Shown here: piece by piece, positions 61,553-64,000 of the stretch | Numbering within the stretch: the first letter of the stretch is position 1 | Layout: every line of letters begins with the position of its first letter | NCBI GenBank assembly: GCA_009784555.1 | Contig: WRBO01000005.1 | Span: 6,406 to 70,405 of the forward strand | Origin: Bacillota bacterium | GTDB lineage: Bacteria; Bacillota; Clostridia; Christensenellales; UBA1242 | DNA length: 64,000 nt | Direction: 5' to 3' | Notes under the pieces: generated by a model | What the model was told of the DNA's origin: nothing | Seen by the model: the letters and a program-made list of their open reading frames with translations, nothing else | Databases searched by the model: none | Translations under genes and position numbers: made by a program

Positions 61553-62191
61553 ATGCAGAAGAAACGAGTTATTGTTCATAAAATTGCCTGTGGCGTTACC
61601 ATTGCCGTGTCCATTATTTTGTCCATTACCATGTTGGTTACGGCCGATACGAACCTGACGACCGGTGAGCCGATTAATATCCGCACCGATGCCTTTTCCG
61701 TTATTGGGTTTGCCAACCGCGAGATGTTTTTTATTTGGGGTGTTGCCACCGGCTTGGCCGTGTTTTTGAATTTGAGGTTGTTGGCCGTGCGGTTGGGGTT
61801 GGTTCACCGATGGTTTACCGCCCTTTTGGCTTTTGGGTGTTCGATGACGTTGGTTACCGTTAGTGTTATGGGGTACGATTCCATTGCCCGTCCAATCCAC
61901 GTTGGGTCGGCGGCTTTGTTTGGGTTTTGTACGGCAATTTCCTTGATAATTATTTTGGTTAAGAAGTTGAAGAAGAACAAGCGGATTACGTCTATGTACC
62001 TGACCATTTTTGCTATGACCGCCGTTATATTTGTTTTTACGACGATTTATGTAGGGTGGCTGACGGCCCTGACCCAGATATTGTTGACCAATATCAGTTT
62101 GGTTATAATGTTTGCGTCTAACTTTATGGAGAAATGGCCAGCCGAGATTAGCGAGGAACAACAATGCGTAACATGCGAACCAGTACAATAG
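61553..62191 (+). CDS. Integral membrane protein, function unknown
   Basis: About 6 TM segments. The start is probably MQKKRVIVHK at 61553, although the ORF is open from 61523. Confidence 0.6.
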   Translation: MQKKRVIVHKIACGVTIAVSIILSITMLVTADTNLTTGEPINIRTDAFSVIGFANREMFFIWGVATGLAVFLNLRLLAVRLGLVHRWFTALLAFGCSMTLVTVSVMGYDSIARPIHVGSAALFGFCTAISLIIILVKKLKKNKRITSMYLTIFAMTAVIFVFTTIYVGWLTALTQILLTNISLVIMFASNFMEKWPAEISEEQQCVTCEPVQ

Positions 62192-63477
62192 CCGGGATTT
62201 CGACGCCCATCGGTAATGCGGGTGTTGGGATAATCCGTATTAGCGGCCCGCAGGCCGTGAGTATAGTATCAAGGTGTTTTGACGAGCCATTGGTTCCGCG
62301 TGTTGCGACGTTGGGAATTATTAGCACCCACGAGTTTAGTGATACGGTGTTAGTCATACACTTTCCCGCCCCGCGCAGTTTCACGGGTGAAGATGTAGTT
62401 GAAATTCAGGCGCATGGCGGAAGTTTTTTATTGCAAAAGATTTTAGACCATGTGTTAGTGTTGGGGGCCGAGTTAGCCACGCCCGGGGAATTTTCCAAGC
62501 GCGCGTTTTTGAACGGCAAGTTGTCGTTGGACATGGCCGAGGCAATTATCGAAACGATTACGGCCGAGTCGGAGGCGCATTTGCGGTCGACGTCCGCCGT
62601 GCATGGGGGAAGGTTGCGTGAGATGTTGGCGTCTTTTGAGCGCGCGTTGGTAGCCGTGGCCGCACAGATAGAGGCGACATTGGATTATCCCGAGCATGAC
62701 ATTGAACATGCCACACGAGCGGCCATACGGCCCCATGTCGAGTCTACGGTTGCCCAGATTACCGATTTGATTGGCACGGCGCATCAAGGCAGGTTGTTTG
62801 CAAACGGTGTACAGGTTGCGGTTTTGGGGCGGCCGAATGTTGGTAAGAGTAGTCTTTTTAATGCGATATTGGGGCGCGACAGGAGTATTGTTACGAATAT
62901 TGAAGGCACAACGACCGACACGATTTCAGAGTCCATTCCATACAGGGGTTTACGGTTGGTGTTTAATGATACGGCAGGTATTCGCACCGCGACGGGTGAG
63001 ATAGAGAAGATTGGGATTACGCGAACCAAGAAAACCATATCGGAGTCTGATGTCGTTTTGGTGATTTTTGACGGGCCGAGTGATGATGAAATATTGGCCA
63101 TGGCGAACGGCAAACCGACGATAATTGCATTAAATAAATGTGATATTATTTCGCATGAAAATCGTAATGGGATTATTGTTTCCGCAAAAACAGGTGAAAA
63201 CATCGAAAAATTAAAGGAATCCATTTATCAAATGGCAATAGGCGGCCAGACATTGACCGCGGAGATGGCCATTACCAACACGCGGCATTTGGCCGAGTTG
63301 TCGCATGCGCATGCGTGTTTGGCGTCCGCCCTGATTGCGCTTGATGATGAATTATCATTGGATTTGGTTGCGGGTGACATTACCGATGCGTTGGCCCATA
63401 TTGGAAACATCACGGGGACACATACGTCCGACGCGGTTATTGATGAGATTTTTTCACGATTTTGTTTGGGGAAGTGA
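62164..63477 (+). CDS. mnmE: tRNA modification GTPase MnmE
   Basis: Contains IAGISTPIGNAGVGIIRISG, the G-domain GRPNVGKSS and DTAGIR, and the C-terminal FCLGK. Confidence 0.95.
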   Translation: MRNMRTSTIAGISTPIGNAGVGIIRISGPQAVSIVSRCFDEPLVPRVATLGIISTHEFSDTVLVIHFPAPRSFTGEDVVEIQAHGGSFLLQKILDHVLVLGAELATPGEFSKRAFLNGKLSLDMAEAIIETITAESEAHLRSTSAVHGGRLREMLASFERALVAVAAQIEATLDYPEHDIEHATRAAIRPHVESTVAQITDLIGTAHQGRLFANGVQVAVLGRPNVGKSSLFNAILGRDRSIVTNIEGTTTDTISESIPYRGLRLVFNDTAGIRTATGEIEKIGITRTKKTISESDVVLVIFDGPSDDEILAMANGKPTIIALNKCDIISHENRNGIIVSAKTGENIEKLKESIYQMAIGGQTLTAEMAITNTRHLAELSHAHACLASALIALDDELSLDLVAGDITDALAHIGNITGTHTSDAVIDEIFSRFCLGK

Positions 63478-63650
63478 GTTAACTATATCTGCTATATTGG
63501 CAATTATTTTTTTGTGTCAATGACTTCTCCCCTGTGTGGGAAAACAAAATCGTATCCCAGTTTTTCAAGAGGTTTGTATAATTCATTTTCGTAATCAAAG
63601 TTGCTGCTGTGGGAAACGAAGATTTTCATATTCCATATATCACAAAAAAC

Positions 63651-63669
63651 CCCGCTGTGGATACGGGGC
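63651..63669. terminator. Bidirectional intrinsic terminator (downstream of rplL)
   Basis: CCCCGCTGTGGATACGGGG is flanked by A6 and T5. It is the exact reverse complement of the 53040-53058 hairpin. Confidence 0.7.
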
Positions 63670-63758
63670 TTTTTGTTGTTTGATGGATTGCCGTCGGACT
63701 ATATCGCCCGCGGGGGCTCCCCCGCTTATCGCGAAGCACAAGGTTCCCGCAGGGGTTC

Positions 63759-64000
63759 TTATTTGAGTTCGACGGTTGCGCCGGCTTCTTTGAGGGCGGC
63801 TTCGATTTTCTTTGCTTCTTCGGCAGGAACTTTTTCCTTGATAACTTTTGGAGCACCGTCAACGAGGGCTTTTGCCTCGCCCAGTCCCAGGCCGGTGATT
63901 TCTTTTACAACTTTGATAACGTTGATTTTGTTTGCACCAGCGTCTTTCAGGTTGATGTCGAAGTCGGTTTTAGCAGGACCAGCGTCAGCAGCAGGAGCAG
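63759..64000 (-). CDS. rplL: 50S ribosomal protein L7/L12, C-terminal part; the 5' end lies off the window
   Basis: Own minus-strand translation gives ...[79 protein letters not shown], with stop TAA at 63759-63761. Confidence 0.9.
   Translation of the reverse strand, partial: APAADAGPAKTDFDINLKDAGANKINVIKVVKEITGLGLGEAKALVDGAPKVIKEKVPAEEAKKIEAALKEAGATVELK

Noticed and set aside
61505-62188. 227-aa minus-strand ORF rich in N/Q/G/K/H
   Set aside because: It is exactly antisense to a convincing polytopic membrane protein gene (61553-62191). It has a biased composition and no SD.

Overview
This 64 kb window is a gene-dense bacterial chromosome segment at roughly mid-40s % GC. It uses the standard code: TGA is a real stop in ATGA start/stop overlaps at 36010-36013 and 42361-42364. 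Strong AGGAGG-type Shine-Dalgarno sites and sigma70-like TTGACA/TATAAT promoters suggest a Bacillota-like organism, but I cannot confirm lineage without a search. Housekeeping genes recognised from motifs are recD2 (partial), tadA, metK, holB, rsmA, tatD, greA, pfkA, uvrC, ftsH, mnmE and rplL (partial). Also recognised are a PSP1/YaaT-like gene, spmA/spmB-like genes, an APC permease and a MarR-controlled ABC-2 exporter. Accessory content includes two giant membrane-anchored proteins (3850 aa rich in GLUG-type repeats, and 2562 aa), a frameshifted S8 peptidase carrying the same repeat, and a four-gene operon of signal-peptide-less, Cys-containing DUF11 proteins. One minus-strand run encodes lone homologues of multi-subunit-machine components: a BCCP-like protein without the biotinyl lysine, a VirB2-like 2-TM protein, a VirD4/TraG coupling ATPase, and an orphan ATP synthase gamma with its own consensus promoter. 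There is also a Rho paralogue with no Walker A motif. The signal best supported directly by the sequence is non-coding: a repeated structured element of about 300-400 nt in three copies (18.5 kb, 38.6 kb, 43.0 kb). A fourth partial copy overlaps the uvrC start. All copies share twin G7-G10 homopolymer tracts, and hairpins and long helices show compensatory changes between copies. Each full copy abuts the 3' end of an HTH regulator gene, and the third is inverted and bracketed by 20-bp inverted repeats. Two copies sit beside a duplicated module of an XRE repressor plus a 42-aa microprotein. No rRNA, tRNA, CRISPR array, transposase or integrase was found. All functional calls rest on motif recognition by eye, with no database search.
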